64,000 nucleotides of DNA from Phycisphaerae bacterium (GCA_963675745.2 CAXXWX010000027.1:1-64000), one strand, 5' to 3'; positions 49,334-60,913 are shown, counted from the first letter of the stretch. Notes: generated by a model not told the origin, from the sequence alone. Made by a program: numbers and translations.

Positions 49334-50990
49334 CGCCAGCGGCACTGATTTGCCGCGTGAGACCCCCCTGGCGGTACTCATACTCGGCATGACGCTGGCC
49401 ATCGCGCCACTGATCGTCCTGTCACAGTTCATCGCCCACGTCTGGATCGAGACCGGCGATGACCAGATGTTCGGCTATTACGGCTGGCGCATCTCGCAGG
49501 GCGCCGTCATCTACCTGGACATCTGGGACAACAAGCCGCCGGGCGTGTACTGGCTCAATGCGCTGGGGTTTCTGATCGGGGGCGGCGGCTACGAGGGCGT
49601 CATCGTGCTCTGCGTGGCGGCGCTGATCGTCACGCACGTCTGCTTCTTTGCCACCGCCGCGTCCCTCATGAACCGCGGAGCCGCGGCCATTGGGACCGTT
49701 CTTTTCGGCTTTTTCATTACGCACGCGCACTTCGAGGGGGGCGCCAATCGCACCGAGACATTCCTCGTCGCCTGCGAACTGCTGGCGGTGCTGCTGTACG
49801 TGCGCGGTTTTGCCCGCGACAGGTGGTGGACGTGGCTTGCGGCGGGGCTCTTCTGCGGCACGGCGTTCCTCTTCAAACAAGTGGGCCTGGCGGCCTGGGG
49901 CGCAATGGGATTGCACACCATCTTCCTGGTCTGCATGCGCCAGCTCAACCTCACCGACGGCCTGCGGCGGTGCCTGCTACTGCTGCTGGGCGTGTTGATC
50001 ATGGTCGCGGCCGCGGCCGGTCTGTTGTGGCTACAGGGCGGTACGGCGGCGATTGCAGAGGCGATCTTCGCGACATTCACCTTCAATCGCACCTACTTCG
50101 CCGCCAATCACAGCAGTTTCGCGCATTACCGCACCGCTCTGACACTTCTCAAGGTACACATATTCCCGGTCATGAAGCTGCCGCTGCTGATGGCGGCCGC
50201 GGCGGCGATTCACGCCGGCCTCAACTGGCTCCACCGGCGCGGCCAGCCCGTTGTGCCACCGACACCGAGGCGACTCGTGTGTCCGGCGTATATGCTTCTG
50301 TTCGCTCTCTGGTTCCTTATCGCGTTTTACGGCGCGATGCTCAGCCCGCAGAAATTCCGCTGGTACTTGACGCCCACACTGCCGCCGCTGCTGCTCATGG
50401 GGACGTATCTGCTGCACCAGCTCAAGGCCGAAGCCCGGATGTTGAGCCGGCTGCGCCGCCGCGCGTGGGTTGTGGCGGCGGTCGTGATCATGGGCTATTT
50501 CATCTATCCGGCGGTCGACACCCTGGTCGGCCTGGCCAGTGAGGTCTGGATTTTCCGCTACGAAAGCAAACACCCGCACGGGTGGCGCGCCCAACGCGAG
50601 TGGGAGGTGGTCGGAGACGCCGTTCTTCGAGTGTCAAAGCCTGGCGACAAGATTCAGTGCTGGGGCTGGATGCCGGGCGTGTATCTGTACACGCGACGCG
50701 AGAACGCGTGCCGATTCACCACGACGGAGAAGTGCGGTCAGGTTAGCGCGGGGGCGGACTTTGTCCTGGATGAAATCTCCGAGTCACTGCGCAACCAAGT
50801 TCCCGCGGTGCTGGTCCTGCGGCACGATGACGACGCGCGCACGCGCGGTTCGCTGTTGCCGGGAGAATCATCGCCGATCGTCGAGCAGGGACCGTTGATC
50901 GACGCGCACTACGAGCTCGTGAAGGAGATTCCCGAGTTCGGCACCGTGTACATCTATAAGCGCAAGGAAGCTGCGCCGCGGAGTGACTGA
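49290..50990 (+). CDS. GT-C fold (ArnT/PMT, GT39/83-like) membrane glycosyltransferase; start uncertain
   Basis: Multiple TM helices; DDQMFGY, YLDIWDNKPPG, NRTETF, FKQ. Confidence 0.88.
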   Translation: MTSDSAPPGNSDTRSASGTDLPRETPLAVLILGMTLAIAPLIVLSQFIAHVWIETGDDQMFGYYGWRISQGAVIYLDIWDNKPPGVYWLNALGFLIGGGGYEGVIVLCVAALIVTHVCFFATAASLMNRGAAAIGTVLFGFFITHAHFEGGANRTETFLVACELLAVLLYVRGFARDRWWTWLAAGLFCGTAFLFKQVGLAAWGAMGLHTIFLVCMRQLNLTDGLRRCLLLLLGVLIMVAAAAGLLWLQGGTAAIAEAIFATFTFNRTYFAANHSSFAHYRTALTLLKVHIFPVMKLPLLMAAAAAIHAGLNWLHRRGQPVVPPTPRRLVCPAYMLLFALWFLIAFYGAMLSPQKFRWYLTPTLPPLLLMGTYLLHQLKAEARMLSRLRRRAWVVAAVVIMGYFIYPAVDTLVGLASEVWIFRYESKHPHGWRAQREWEVVGDAVLRVSKPGDKIQCWGWMPGVYLYTRRENACRFTTTEKCGQVSAGADFVLDEISESLRNQVPAVLVLRHDDDARTRGSLLPGESSPIVEQGPLIDAHYELVKEIPEFGTVYIYKRKEAAPRSD

Positions 50991-50992
50991 CG

Positions 50993-52609
50993 GTGAGCGG
51001 GAGTGTGCCACGAACGCCGATGTGGGCTCAACTCGGCGCCATTGCTCTCGTGGTTGTCCCGCTGATCGCCCTGTCACAGATCCGCGCGCATTGGGAAACA
51101 AACGCCGGCAGCGACCAGAAGATGTTCGCCTACTACGGGTGGCGGATCGCGCAGGGGGCGACGGTCTACGTCGACGTCTGGGACAATAAGCCGCCGGGGA
51201 TCTACTGGCTTAATGCGCTCGGCTTCTGGATCAGTCGCGGGCACTACGCGGGAGTCGTGGCCGTCTGCGTCGCGGCGCTGATAGCAACACACCTGGCACT
51301 GTATGCGTGCGGCCGCATGCTCTACTCATCAGGGGCGGCGACACTTACCACGATGTTGGCCGCCTGTTACCTGCTACACCCGTTCTATGAAGGCGGCACC
51401 GATCGCACCGAGACGTTTCTGGTCGCATTCGAACTGTGCGCGATGGTGGCTTACCTTGTCGGCGTGCGGCGGAATCGGGCATGGCTTTGGCTGGCGGCGG
51501 GCCTGCTCTGTGGGGGGGGCCTGCTCTGCAAACAGGTTGGATTGGCCGCGCTGGCGGGGATGGGACTGCACACCATCGCGCTCGGCCTCTCCGGCAAGCT
51601 CGGGCGCCAGGCGACAGTCTGGCGCGCGGCTCTGTTGGTTCTGGGCACGTTGAGCACGCTCGCCGTAGCGGGCGTTGTCCTGGCCGCTCAGGGCGCACTG
51701 CAAGAAGCCTGGGGCGCCGTCGTGCTGTTTAATCGCGCGTATTTCGCCACCGGCGCCAGTCGGTTATCCGGCACATACACCAACAGCTTCATGATCTGCG
51801 GCTATGTAACCGAGATAATGCTGCTGCCTGCATTGTTGGCTTTCATAGCGCTGGCGCGGCCACTGCTGCATCGGTGCTCGCGACGTCTGGCACCACGAAC
51901 GGGAAGCCAGGCTCACATCGATGGCGAGTCCGCGCAGGGCGAGTGAGCCGATCCCCTATGCCCGCCTGCTGCTTGTTATGTGGTTCGCCGTCGCTATCTA
52001 CGGTGCCGTTGTCAGCCCCGGCTTCGTTCAATACTACGTGCCAACGGCGATTCCGCCGCTGATGCTGCTGGCCGGATTCACACTGGCGGCGTTGAAGGGC
52101 GAAGGCGGCCTGCTGCGAAGTCTGCGCGAACGCGCCTCGACGGCGTGGTGCTGGTTGTGATCGGCGTCGCCACTCTGCCGGCGCTTGATGAGGCGGTGCG
52201 AGCGACTCAAACGGTCTGGCGGGAAAGGCAGCCGCAGTGGACCACGGGAAACATCCTGCCCGCGCTGCGCCCGAGCGCTATGGAGCGGCTCGGAGCGCTG
52301 GTTGCCGACCTGACTGACCCAGCCGAGAGCGTGCAAGGCTTTGGCTATCTCCCGGGCGTGTACTTACAGGCGCGTCGGCCCAACGCGGCCAGGTTTATCA
52401 CAACCGAGAAGCTGGGGCAGGTCGGCGCACATGCCGACTGGATTCGCGGCGAGCTGTGGCAGACGCTGCGCGATGAACCGCCCGCACTGCTGTTCGTACC
52501 GGGCGGCGATGTGCGCTTCCTGAACGATGAAGCCGCGCCGCGCTGGCTCGAAGAACACTACGAGCTTTCGTCCCGGCATGAGGGGACGTGGATATTCCTG
52601 CAGCGCTGA
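50993..52609 (+). CDS. Second GT-C glycosyltransferase, tandem paralog; split by frameshifts near 51920-51945 and 52145
   Basis: VDVWDNKPPG; fragments 50993..51946, 51921..52160 and 51980..52609 align in order with the upstream paralog (RFITTEKLGQV versus RFTTTEKCGQV). Confidence 0.85.
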
Positions 52610-52835
52610 GCCATGCTGCCGCATCCGCAACGACGACCTTTCGCGATATCCAGCCTGACTATCGGAAACTTCGTTCGCGGCGCGGCCGCGCAGAGGCACT
52701 ATGCAGTACAGAGTGCGGGGACAAGCACATAGAAGATCTTGCGCAGTATCTCGAGCCGCTTGAGTCAGCGCTGGGGTTACGATCCGCGCGGGCGACAGGG
52801 AGGCTGATGCGCGAGTTTCCACACGTGCGATCTAG

Positions 52836-54182
52836 CCCGACAGTTGAAGAGCGCCTTCGTCTAACTGGTTTTGACCAAACAAGTTCGTAGCACGGAGGCC
52901 GGCGATGTTTGAACAGACTGAAGCTCAGTTGTTCTTCTCGTTTTTCGCCTGGCCTCTGATTGTCCATCACGCCGGACAAAACGCCGCTGTTGCCGATTCG
53001 GCAGTTGGACCAGCGGCTGCGTTTTACCGCGCGGCTGGTCGCCGGCCTGAGCGATGACCGTCACGAACGCAGAGGCTTGCTGCGTGCAGCGTACGGGGTG
53101 CGGGGACATGAGCACATGATCAGCGACGCCTGATCCGTCAAGATTGTTCAGCATCTGCCCGAAGACGATCCGCTCGCCAGCCAGCCCACGCTATCGCTCG
53201 AGAACGCCGTCACGATCGACAGTGGCAAACGCTCGACTTCCTGGTCGCGACCGGGATGAGCGGCTGCGGGAGAAGAACGAGGGTTCGCCTCACGCTCGAT
53301 CTCGACGCCACCGACGATCCGGCGCACGGGCAGCAGCAATTGGCGTTGTTCTACTACGAGATTCCCGCGTGATCAGCGAGCCGACAGCACGTGTTCTACG
53401 CCGCCCTGCGGCCGGGCAGTGTGCACGCCGCTCACGGTGCCGACGATGACCTGGAATTCGTGGTCGAGCCTGCACGCCGCCCGCGGCGACCTTGCGATTC
53501 ACGTTCGCGGCGACAGCGGCTTCGGCGTGCCATCGATGTACAAAATCACGAGAAAAACCGACTGATGTACAGCATCGGCGCCAACAAACGGCTAGGCCCT
53601 GGCCCAGAGACCGAGCCGTGCGCCGAATACGAAGCACCGGCGAGAAGCAAGACCAGGCCGGCTCGTGCGTGGCCACGCGCCGTGATCGCCAAGGCCGATC
53701 GGCCGGCACGAACCTGCGTTTCGTGGTCACCAATCTACAGGTGACTCCGACGCCGACGCGCAGCGTGTTTACGACGACTACATCCAGCGTGGTCAGCGAA
53801 CAACGCTTTCGATGAGGTCACCGATGAACGGTCTGCACGCCGACCGGCTGAGTGTTCGCTTCGTGGCCAACTTCTGGCGTCTGCTGCTGCACACGGCGGC
53901 GTTCAACCTGTTGAACTAGTTGCGTGATGACAAGCACACGTTGCGTACCGCCCAGCCGGGTGGCGGAGTCGCGTGATCAAACAGTCATCCAGGGCTCCCT
54001 GTCGTGGCCTGGATGACACTGTGTCGACTCTTCACACCGTCGCCGTCCGCAGTGGTGCCATCCCCGCAGGCCCGTAACCCCGCCGACAACGTGTTTGCTC
54101 GTGGGGGTAAGGGGGAATTCGTCCTGCATCCGAGAACATCAGCCCCTTGGCGAACGTGCACCCTACCCGTGAATAATCCGGG
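52836..54182 (+). mobile_element. IS1380-family insertion sequence with a heavily frameshifted transposase
   Basis: Fragments LLPIRQLDQRL, TLDLDATDDPAHGQQQ, IHVRGDSGFG, RFVVTNL, ANFWRLLLHTAAFNL and terminal VNNPG-stop; ends CCCG.../...CGGG, each flanked by CTAG. Confidence 0.88.
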
Positions 54183-54270
54183 CTAGCGCAGAATCGTGAA
54201 GACCCTAAAGGCGACCACGGCGTGCGTGGCCGCATGATTGCGGAACTTGCCTTTCGATGGGAGATCACCG

Positions 54271-55932
54271 ATGAAATCCGCGCGCATATCCAGTGTGTTC
54301 ACCACAATCCTAGTGCTCGTGTTGATTGCCGGGTGTCCGCAGCCAGGGCCCGTTCCGGACGAGACTGTCGATGGCGGCAGCACAGGGCAACCCTCGGGGA
54401 CTACCGACCAGCAAGATCCCAATTCCCAAAGGCCGGCGACGCAAACGCCGGACAAATACACGCTGTCCATATCGACGCAGGGCAGTGGGCAAGTGCAGCG
54501 TAGCGCCGATGGGCCCTATGCCGCGGGCACCTCCGTTACGCTGACCGCCCAGGCCGGTAACGGCTACCGCTTCGATCACTGGGAGGGAGATTTGTCGGGG
54601 GCAAACGCGACCGAGACGATTACGATGACGCGGGACCGCAATGTCACCGTTGTGTTCGTCCAGGACCAGACTCAGCTTCAGCAATACGCGCTGACCGTCC
54701 AGACGACCGGCAGCGGCTCGGTCAATCCCGCCGGCGGAACGTTTAGCGAAGGAGAGACGGTCAACCTCACCGCTACGCCGCAAGCCGGCTGGCAATTCGA
54801 TCACTGGGAGGGCGCTGCCTCTGGTAACGCGGCCAGTGCGACCATCACCATGACCGCCGACACCACGGTGACCGCTGTCTTCGTCGAAGTCCCGCCTGAC
54901 CAACATGCGCTGACAGTCCTGACGACGGGGAACGGCTCAGTCAGTCCCGCCGGCGGAGCCTATGACGACGGCGAGACGGTCAGCCTGACGGCCACGCCTG
55001 ACGCGGGTTGGCGCTTCGACCGCTGGGAAGGCGGTGCCTCGGGCACGTCCGCCAGCGCTACCATCACCATAACCGCCGACACGACGGTAACCGCCGTGTT
55101 TATCCAGCAGTTCAGCCTGACGATTAACATCGTCGGCGATGGCACGGTCACGCCGGAGAGCGGCACGTACGACGCCGACACGATCGTCGACCTGACCGCC
55201 ACCGCGGCCAACGGCTGGACTTTCGAAGGCTGGTCAGGCGACCTGGTCAGCGCAACCGCCGCTTCCACTATCACGATGGATGCCGACAAGACCGTGACGG
55301 CGACGTTCGGCGGTGTGGCCGGCTTCCGCACGCTCACGGTGGGCAACGCGACCGGCAGCATGACGCTCGTCTACCGTGGTGCAAACCTGGTCGGCGTGAT
55401 GCGTAACTCGGCCACCGGACTCGGGCTCGACCTGGATGGGCAGATGGTCGGCAACAAGCTGACCGTGAACGTACGCTGGCTCAATAGCACTGACGCCCCG
55501 GGAACGATCGATGCCAGCATGGCCGCGGGCGGGGCGCTTACCGGTACCTACAGCGCCCCCGGATTCACCCCGGAAGGGTTCAACGCACCGGCCGCGACCG
55601 CGACGGACTTCAGCAACGAGATCATGGGCTATTGGCGCATCATGATCGACAACGACGAGGGACGCATGGCGCTGGCCCAGAGTTCCTCCGGGGCCGTGCG
55701 CGGCACCGCCTCGCTTCCGGTTGCTGTGTACGACGATTGGGGCTTCTACCTCGGCACGCTGATGGTAGGCCTCGATGTCACCGGTACGATTCAGGGTACG
55801 CGGCTGTCGCTGACGATGGCGGCCGGCACGTACAACTTCAATGTCATCACCGACCTGGCCGAGAAGGACCGCTGGACCGGACAGATCAACGGTGGCGGCT
55901 TCACGAACAAGCCCTTCACGGCTGAGCGTTAG
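54271..55932 (+). CDS. Surface lipoprotein with four InlB-B/Flg_new-like repeats and beta-rich C-terminal domains
   Basis: Lipobox LIAG-C; four repeats of LT..G.G.V...G.Y..G.TV.LTA....W.F..W.G. Confidence 0.9.
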   Translation: MKSARISSVFTTILVLVLIAGCPQPGPVPDETVDGGSTGQPSGTTDQQDPNSQRPATQTPDKYTLSISTQGSGQVQRSADGPYAAGTSVTLTAQAGNGYRFDHWEGDLSGANATETITMTRDRNVTVVFVQDQTQLQQYALTVQTTGSGSVNPAGGTFSEGETVNLTATPQAGWQFDHWEGAASGNAASATITMTADTTVTAVFVEVPPDQHALTVLTTGNGSVSPAGGAYDDGETVSLTATPDAGWRFDRWEGGASGTSASATITITADTTVTAVFIQQFSLTINIVGDGTVTPESGTYDADTIVDLTATAANGWTFEGWSGDLVSATAASTITMDADKTVTATFGGVAGFRTLTVGNATGSMTLVYRGANLVGVMRNSATGLGLDLDGQMVGNKLTVNVRWLNSTDAPGTIDASMAAGGALTGTYSAPGFTPEGFNAPAATATDFSNEIMGYWRIMIDNDEGRMALAQSSSGAVRGTASLPVAVYDDWGFYLGTLMVGLDVTGTIQGTRLSLTMAAGTYNFNVITDLAEKDRWTGQINGGGFTNKPFTAER

Positions 55933-55992
55933 CCGAGGAAGCTGATTATGCCCGGAAACTGATCGAGCATTGGTCCGGAAGGAGACCTTAAC

Positions 55993-56024
55993 AGCGGCCG
56001 CCCGCGTGGCGGCCGCTTTCTTTT
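55993..56024 (+). terminator. Rho-independent terminator
   Basis: agcggccgcc-cgcgt-ggcggccgct followed by ttctttt. Confidence 0.85.
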
Positions 56025-56067
56025 GCTACGGAGAATCGCGGACGTCGTCGGGCTCGGGAGACCGACG

Positions 56068-58372
56068 CTACATTGTCTTGATTTCGTGTGTCTGCCCCGG
56101 GCCGAGCTTCAGCCGCTGGCCGGCGATGCAGCGCATCGAGCGGCGCCTCGCCCGCGTGTTCGATCGTGACCTGGCCGTGCCGCACCGTGATCGTCAACGG
56201 CTGGCCGTCCCAGACAAACGGGAACTTGAGCGCCTGCCAGCGCCGCGGCAGGTGCGGGTCGATATACAGCACGTCGGATTGCATGCGCGATCGTAAACCC
56301 GCAAACCCGAACACGGCCACTTGCCAGTTCGCACCGGCACATGCGGCGTGAATCCCCTCGGCCGCCTCACCGGCCCTAAGGTCCAGCCCGACCGACTCAT
56401 CCCACCACCGCAGGGCCTCTTCGTCGCGTCCGATCCAGGCGGCGATTATGGCGTGAGTCGACTTGCTCAGGCTGGAGTCATGCGACGTCAGCGGTGCGTA
56501 CTCGTCATAAGCCGCGCGCATCTGCGCAATGCTGTAGTCGTGCGGCGCAAGCGCCATCAACTGCAAGACGTCGGCCTGCTTGAGAATGCGACTGCGGTAC
56601 AGCCGCTCCTGGCTCACGCACGCCCCCGCCGGTCGTGATCGGTCGGGCCACCAGCGGTCCGCGTCGAACGGTTCGTAGTCGAAAAAGTCGTCGCATTGCA
56701 GCACCAGTTGGCGCTGCTTATCCATGGGAATACGCAGATGGGCGGCAATCTCGGCGAAACGTGCGAGCTCGGCGTCGCTCACGTTCAATCGGCTGCACAG
56801 CTCATCCGCGCGCGACTGATCACGCGCGCGCAGGTCGCGCCAGGCCTGGCACGTCTGGTTCAGCGACCAGGCGACCATGTGGTTCGTGTATGCGTTGTTG
56901 CGGCTGAACGGTGTGTACTCGTCCGGGCCCATCACCATGAGTATGCTGTAATCCCCGCTGCTTTCGTCCAACGTGACGCGCTCACACCAGTAACGAGCGC
57001 ACTCGGTGAATACCTCGGTTGCACTTGCGAGGAAGTGCGCGTCCTGCGGGTCGACAGTGTGCGCGTGCCACAAGCCATGTACCACGTCGGCGGTGACGTG
57101 TACCTCGTGATCGCAGTATTGCCAGTTGGGACAATTCTCGTCGCCCGCCGGCGAGCTTTCCCAGGCGAAACGGGCGCCGGGGTAACCATAGCGCCGGGCG
57201 TTACGCCGCGCTCCTGCAAGTGATTGCAGGCGAAAAGCCGCCAGGTTCTTCCCGACCGCGGGGCGCGTGTAAAGAAACAGCGGCAACATGAAGATCTCTG
57301 TATCCCAGAAATAGCGCCCGCAATAGGCCTCGCCGGCCGCAGCCTTGGCGTCAATAGCGACGCGCGGGTCGTCCTCGACGACGGCGCGCAACATGTGATA
57401 CAGCGAGACCCGCAAGGCGAGTTGGCTGACCGCATCACCTTCGATCGTAACATCCGTCTGCGCCCAGCGCCGCGCCCAGATTTCATCCGACTCGGCGGCC
57501 AGTTGATCATAGCCCCTGCCGACGGCGTCCCATACGAATCGGCGTGCAACCTCCAGCGGCGCGCCGCGCGTGTGCCGGCTGGATGTCAGCACCGCGAATT
57601 TGTCGATGATCACGGCTTCATTTGGCTCTATGTGTACGAAGGCACACAGCCCGGCCCAGCGTGCGCCGGTTTCCACCGCCGAGTGCACGTCATGGCTGCT
57701 GGTCAGGATTGCCGCCGCCGCCACATCGTCACCGCCGTTGGTACGCACGCGAACAGTGATCGGCTCTTGCTCGCCTGTGATGTCGATCGACTCGAAGTGG
57801 TCAAAGCCGTTTGTGCGCACGTCGGCATCGATGGACGCCACGACGCGTAACTCCGCCGCCGGGCCGGAGATGTGTTCGACCTGGCAACGCAGGGCCATCA
57901 GGTGGCGGCGTTTGGCGCTGATGAAGCGCTCGAAGCGCACCAGGAGCCGCGCGCCACGTCGAGTATCCCAGACAAACCGCCGCGACAGGCGTCCGGTGCG
58001 AAGATCGAGGCGGCGCTCATAGTCGCTGATGCGCGACGCTTCCATGTCCAACTGCTCGGTACCGGAGTAGAGCACCAGGCCGTGAATGGCGGGGAGATTG
58101 ATCATCTCATCGCGACACGTGGGATGTGGACCGCTGACGCCTGGAAGGTAAGTACCGACACGACTGGGGCAATCGGCGAATCGCTCGATCGTGACATTGC
58201 CCATGACCCGCAGGTAGGACAGGTTCTGTGGGGCCCCCGCCAGACCCTCCTCCAACGCCGCGCGTTGTTGCAACGGGCCGCTGCCGATAGCCAGCAGCCC
58301 TTCGATATGGCGATTGTGGCGAACGTCGAATTCAGTTTCGACCAGGGACCATGTGTCGAGGGGGGCGCTCAC
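56068..58372 (-). CDS. Glycoside hydrolase family 65 (kojibiose/maltose/trehalose phosphorylase-like); probable frameshift near 56130
   Basis: GEAYCGRYFWDTE, GARFAWES, EVHVTADV, VMGPDEY, KQADV, HDSSLS, GIHAA; the alternate frame gives IAGQRLKLGPGQTHEIKTM-stop at 56068. Confidence 0.92.
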
Positions 58373-58457
58373 GTTTGATGTCGCTCCTGGTGCGTTGGCT
58401 GCGCGCGGCAGGTGGCCGATGGGCCGGCGCTGCCGTTGCTCGCCGGTATTGTCTAGG

Positions 58458-59729
58458 CTACGAGATAACGGCCCACAGTCTACTCCACAACTCGCCGTAG
58501 AGCCGCACGCCGAAATGCCGGAAGTCGGCGAATACCAGGACGGTCAACAGTTGATAGTGAACGGTTAGGATCCAGCAACAGACCAGCCACGCGCGGCTTG
58601 ACGGACGCGTGTCCCAACCGCGACGCTTGCGATAGCCGTCCCAGCCGCGTTGGACCGTCAAGGCGGCGGCCTGCGTCACGGCCCAAGCCACGAACGACCA
58701 CGCCGCCCCGTGCCAGACGCCGCAATAGCCAAAGCAGGCCAGAAAGACGAGTGGAGCAAACGCGCGGTTGCCGCCAAGCGGAATGTAGATGTAGTCGCGC
58801 ACCCACAGCCCGACGCTGATGTTCCAGCGACGCCAGAATTCACGCACCGAGGTGGCCAGGGGCAGGCGTTGAAAATTCGTGTCGACGGGGATGCCCAGCC
58901 ACAGTGATGCGGTCAGCGCGATCTGGTTGTACGTCCAGAGAAAGAGGTAGACCATGATCGGCAGCAGGTAAGCGACGCACACGAGCTGGTTCGTGTCATA
59001 GGCATCGGGACGAGCGAAGTAGTCCTCACCCGGCGCGATTACTCGGGGGATGTTCTTCATGCAAACCGCCAGACCGATCAGGCCGAGCAGCCCCCAACCG
59101 GCCTGCTTCAGCACCGGCGTCGCCGGTATCGCAGCGCGCGGATTCCAGTCGGAGAGGCGCGTCAGGAAACTTGCGCGCAGCAAGAACGGGCTATTGCGCA
59201 AACCCGGCGGGTAAAAAAGCCAGCACAGTGTATCGCGCAATCGTAGCCGATCGGGCGGATTCGCGGCCCAATCAACCCCCCAGGCCAACAGACGCAGCAG
59301 GATATACGACAGCCCGATCGGATGTAACGCGGCGAGTCGCGACGGCCCCCAGCCGTACCACGACCAGGTTGCGACCCACCAGAGCGGCAACATCAACAGG
59401 TGCAGCCCGATCCATGTCAGCGCGATCATCTGCCGCCGGCCGAGTTGCTGCCGTCGGCGCAGGTGGCCCAGGATAACGACCCACGCGCTGCCCGCCAGCG
59501 CCGCCCCAATGAACACGGCACAGCCCGCCGGCCCAAGTGTGGCGATCAGCCAGAGTAGTGAGAAGCCCAGCAGCGCCCCGTGCGGCCAGCGCCGCGCGGC
59601 CAGACGCACCAGGGGGATCAGTGGCATGAACAGCAGCAGCCCGAACGGCCCCGCGATCAGCTCGTCCGGGCGGATCGCCTCGTAGGCGGTCACCGGGTTG
59701 AACGGGACTTCGGGCAGCAGGTCGATCAA
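58458..59729 (-). CDS. MBOAT family O-acyltransferase (AlgI/DltB-like)
   Basis: IGLSY, NFQRLPLATSVREFWRRWNIS, DYIYIPLGG, GVWHG. Confidence 0.93.
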   Translation of the reverse strand: MIDLLPEVPFNPVTAYEAIRPDELIAGPFGLLLFMPLIPLVRLAARRWPHGALLGFSLLWLIATLGPAGCAVFIGAALAGSAWVVILGHLRRRQQLGRRQMIALTWIGLHLLMLPLWWVATWSWYGWGPSRLAALHPIGLSYILLRLLAWGVDWAANPPDRLRLRDTLCWLFYPPGLRNSPFLLRASFLTRLSDWNPRAAIPATPVLKQAGWGLLGLIGLAVCMKNIPRVIAPGEDYFARPDAYDTNQLVCVAYLLPIMVYLFLWTYNQIALTASLWLGIPVDTNFQRLPLATSVREFWRRWNISVGLWVRDYIYIPLGGNRAFAPLVFLACFGYCGVWHGAAWSFVAWAVTQAAALTVQRGWDGYRKRRGWDTRPSSRAWLVCCWILTVHYQLLTVLVFADFRHFGVRLYGELWSRLWAVIS

Positions 59730-60913
59730 GGCTGAGTGATCACCGTCGAATGTTCGCGGGCCAGCACGCTGTAGAGAAACGCCACGTCATCATTGTGCAT
59801 CCGCACACAGCCGAGCGACACCGCCTTGCCGATCGATTCCGGCTCGATGGTGCCGTGGATCCCGTAACCTTGCTGGCCGTCGGCATCTCCCGACACGCCG
59901 ATCAGCTCGATCCAGCGCTTACCCAGTGGGTTCGTGGGGTCGCCGCCCGGGATGATGCGTTTCTGTTCCGCGGAAGCGGGTGGGTAAAATGTCGGATTGA
60001 CCAGCCGCTCACCGACTTTCCACTTTCCTTCGGGCGTACCGTGGTTCAAGCCCAGGCCCACGCGGTAGCTGCGAACGTAAGTGTCTTGCAGAAAGAGATC
60101 GAGACGGAAATCAGACTTGTCGATAACCGCATGGAACGGCCCGCGCGGGATCTTCAGCTTCTGGCCGGCGCGCAGGCGGCGCGCGTCTGTGATCCCGTTG
60201 ATGGTCATGATGATCTCGTGCGGGACTTTGAAGCGCCGGCCGATGCGCTCCAGCGCGTCGCCGGAGTGCACCTCGTAAATGTCGACCAGAGGGTCTCCGT
60301 CATGACGGTTTTTGGAGAAGATCGTATCGTCCGCGATCTTGGTGAGCAGGCCGCGCGTCTCCTGCCGCTCGACGGGCGAGAGATTGCGCCGCAGCAGCTC
60401 GTTGAGACGTTGCCGGGCTTGGACCAGGTGCCCCTGGTCATAGAGCCTGCGGGCCGCTGCGATGTCGTGGTTGCCGGATGACGCCGACCCTCCCCGGTCG
60501 CTCGCGGCATGGGTGTCGTCGGGCGCCGGCGGCGCAGCGGGTTCCGGGGTTGCTTCCGCCGAGTCATCGTCGGCCTGCTCGATTCGTCCATCCGAGGGAC
60601 GCAACACCTCATCCTCCGCCGCGTTGACCTCTATCGGCGAAGGTGAAGGAGTGTCCGTGTTCTCCTGTGGCGGAGGTGCCGCCGCGATCGGGTCTGGGAG
60701 CGCCTCCCCGTCGCCGGCCGGTGGATCGTCCGACGCCTCATGTGGCTGCGCTGCCAGGAAGCCGGGTGTCGGCCCGCCCGGATCGACCGCGCGGAACCAA
60801 CTCCAGTACATGGCCCACCCAGCCACGACCAATACGCTTGCCCCGAGCGTCAGGGCGACCGGCGTCATCCTGCGCCGCCGTGGTCTACTGACTCGATTGT
60901 AGATTCTCGTCAC
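59726..60913 (-). CDS. Membrane-anchored LysM plus L,D-transpeptidase (YkuD) protein
   Basis: GTG start after GGAGGT; N-terminal TM; LysM YEVHSGDAL..I; YGIHGT...IGKAVSLGCVRM. Confidence 0.92.
   Translation of the reverse strand: MTRIYNRVSRPRRRRMTPVALTLGASVLVVAGWAMYWSWFRAVDPGGPTPGFLAAQPHEASDDPPAGDGEALPDPIAAAPPPQENTDTPSPSPIEVNAAEDEVLRPSDGRIEQADDDSAEATPEPAAPPAPDDTHAASDRGGSASSGNHDIAAARRLYDQGHLVQARQRLNELLRRNLSPVERQETRGLLTKIADDTIFSKNRHDGDPLVDIYEVHSGDALERIGRRFKVPHEIIMTINGITDARRLRAGQKLKIPRGPFHAVIDKSDFRLDLFLQDTYVRSYRVGLGLNHGTPEGKWKVGERLVNPTFYPPASAEQKRIIPGGDPTNPLGKRWIELIGVSGDADGQQGYGIHGTIEPESIGKAVSLGCVRMHNDDVAFLYSVLAREHSTVITQP

Noticed and set aside
1..58372. Frameshifts in the RHS, 9723 lipoprotein, HTH, methylase, second GT-C and GH65 genes as programmed frameshifting or true pseudogenes
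   Set aside because: They are scattered single-base indels with no shared slippery motif, and the coding sequence is intact on both sides. Long-read consensus error is the simplest explanation; raw reads are needed to decide.
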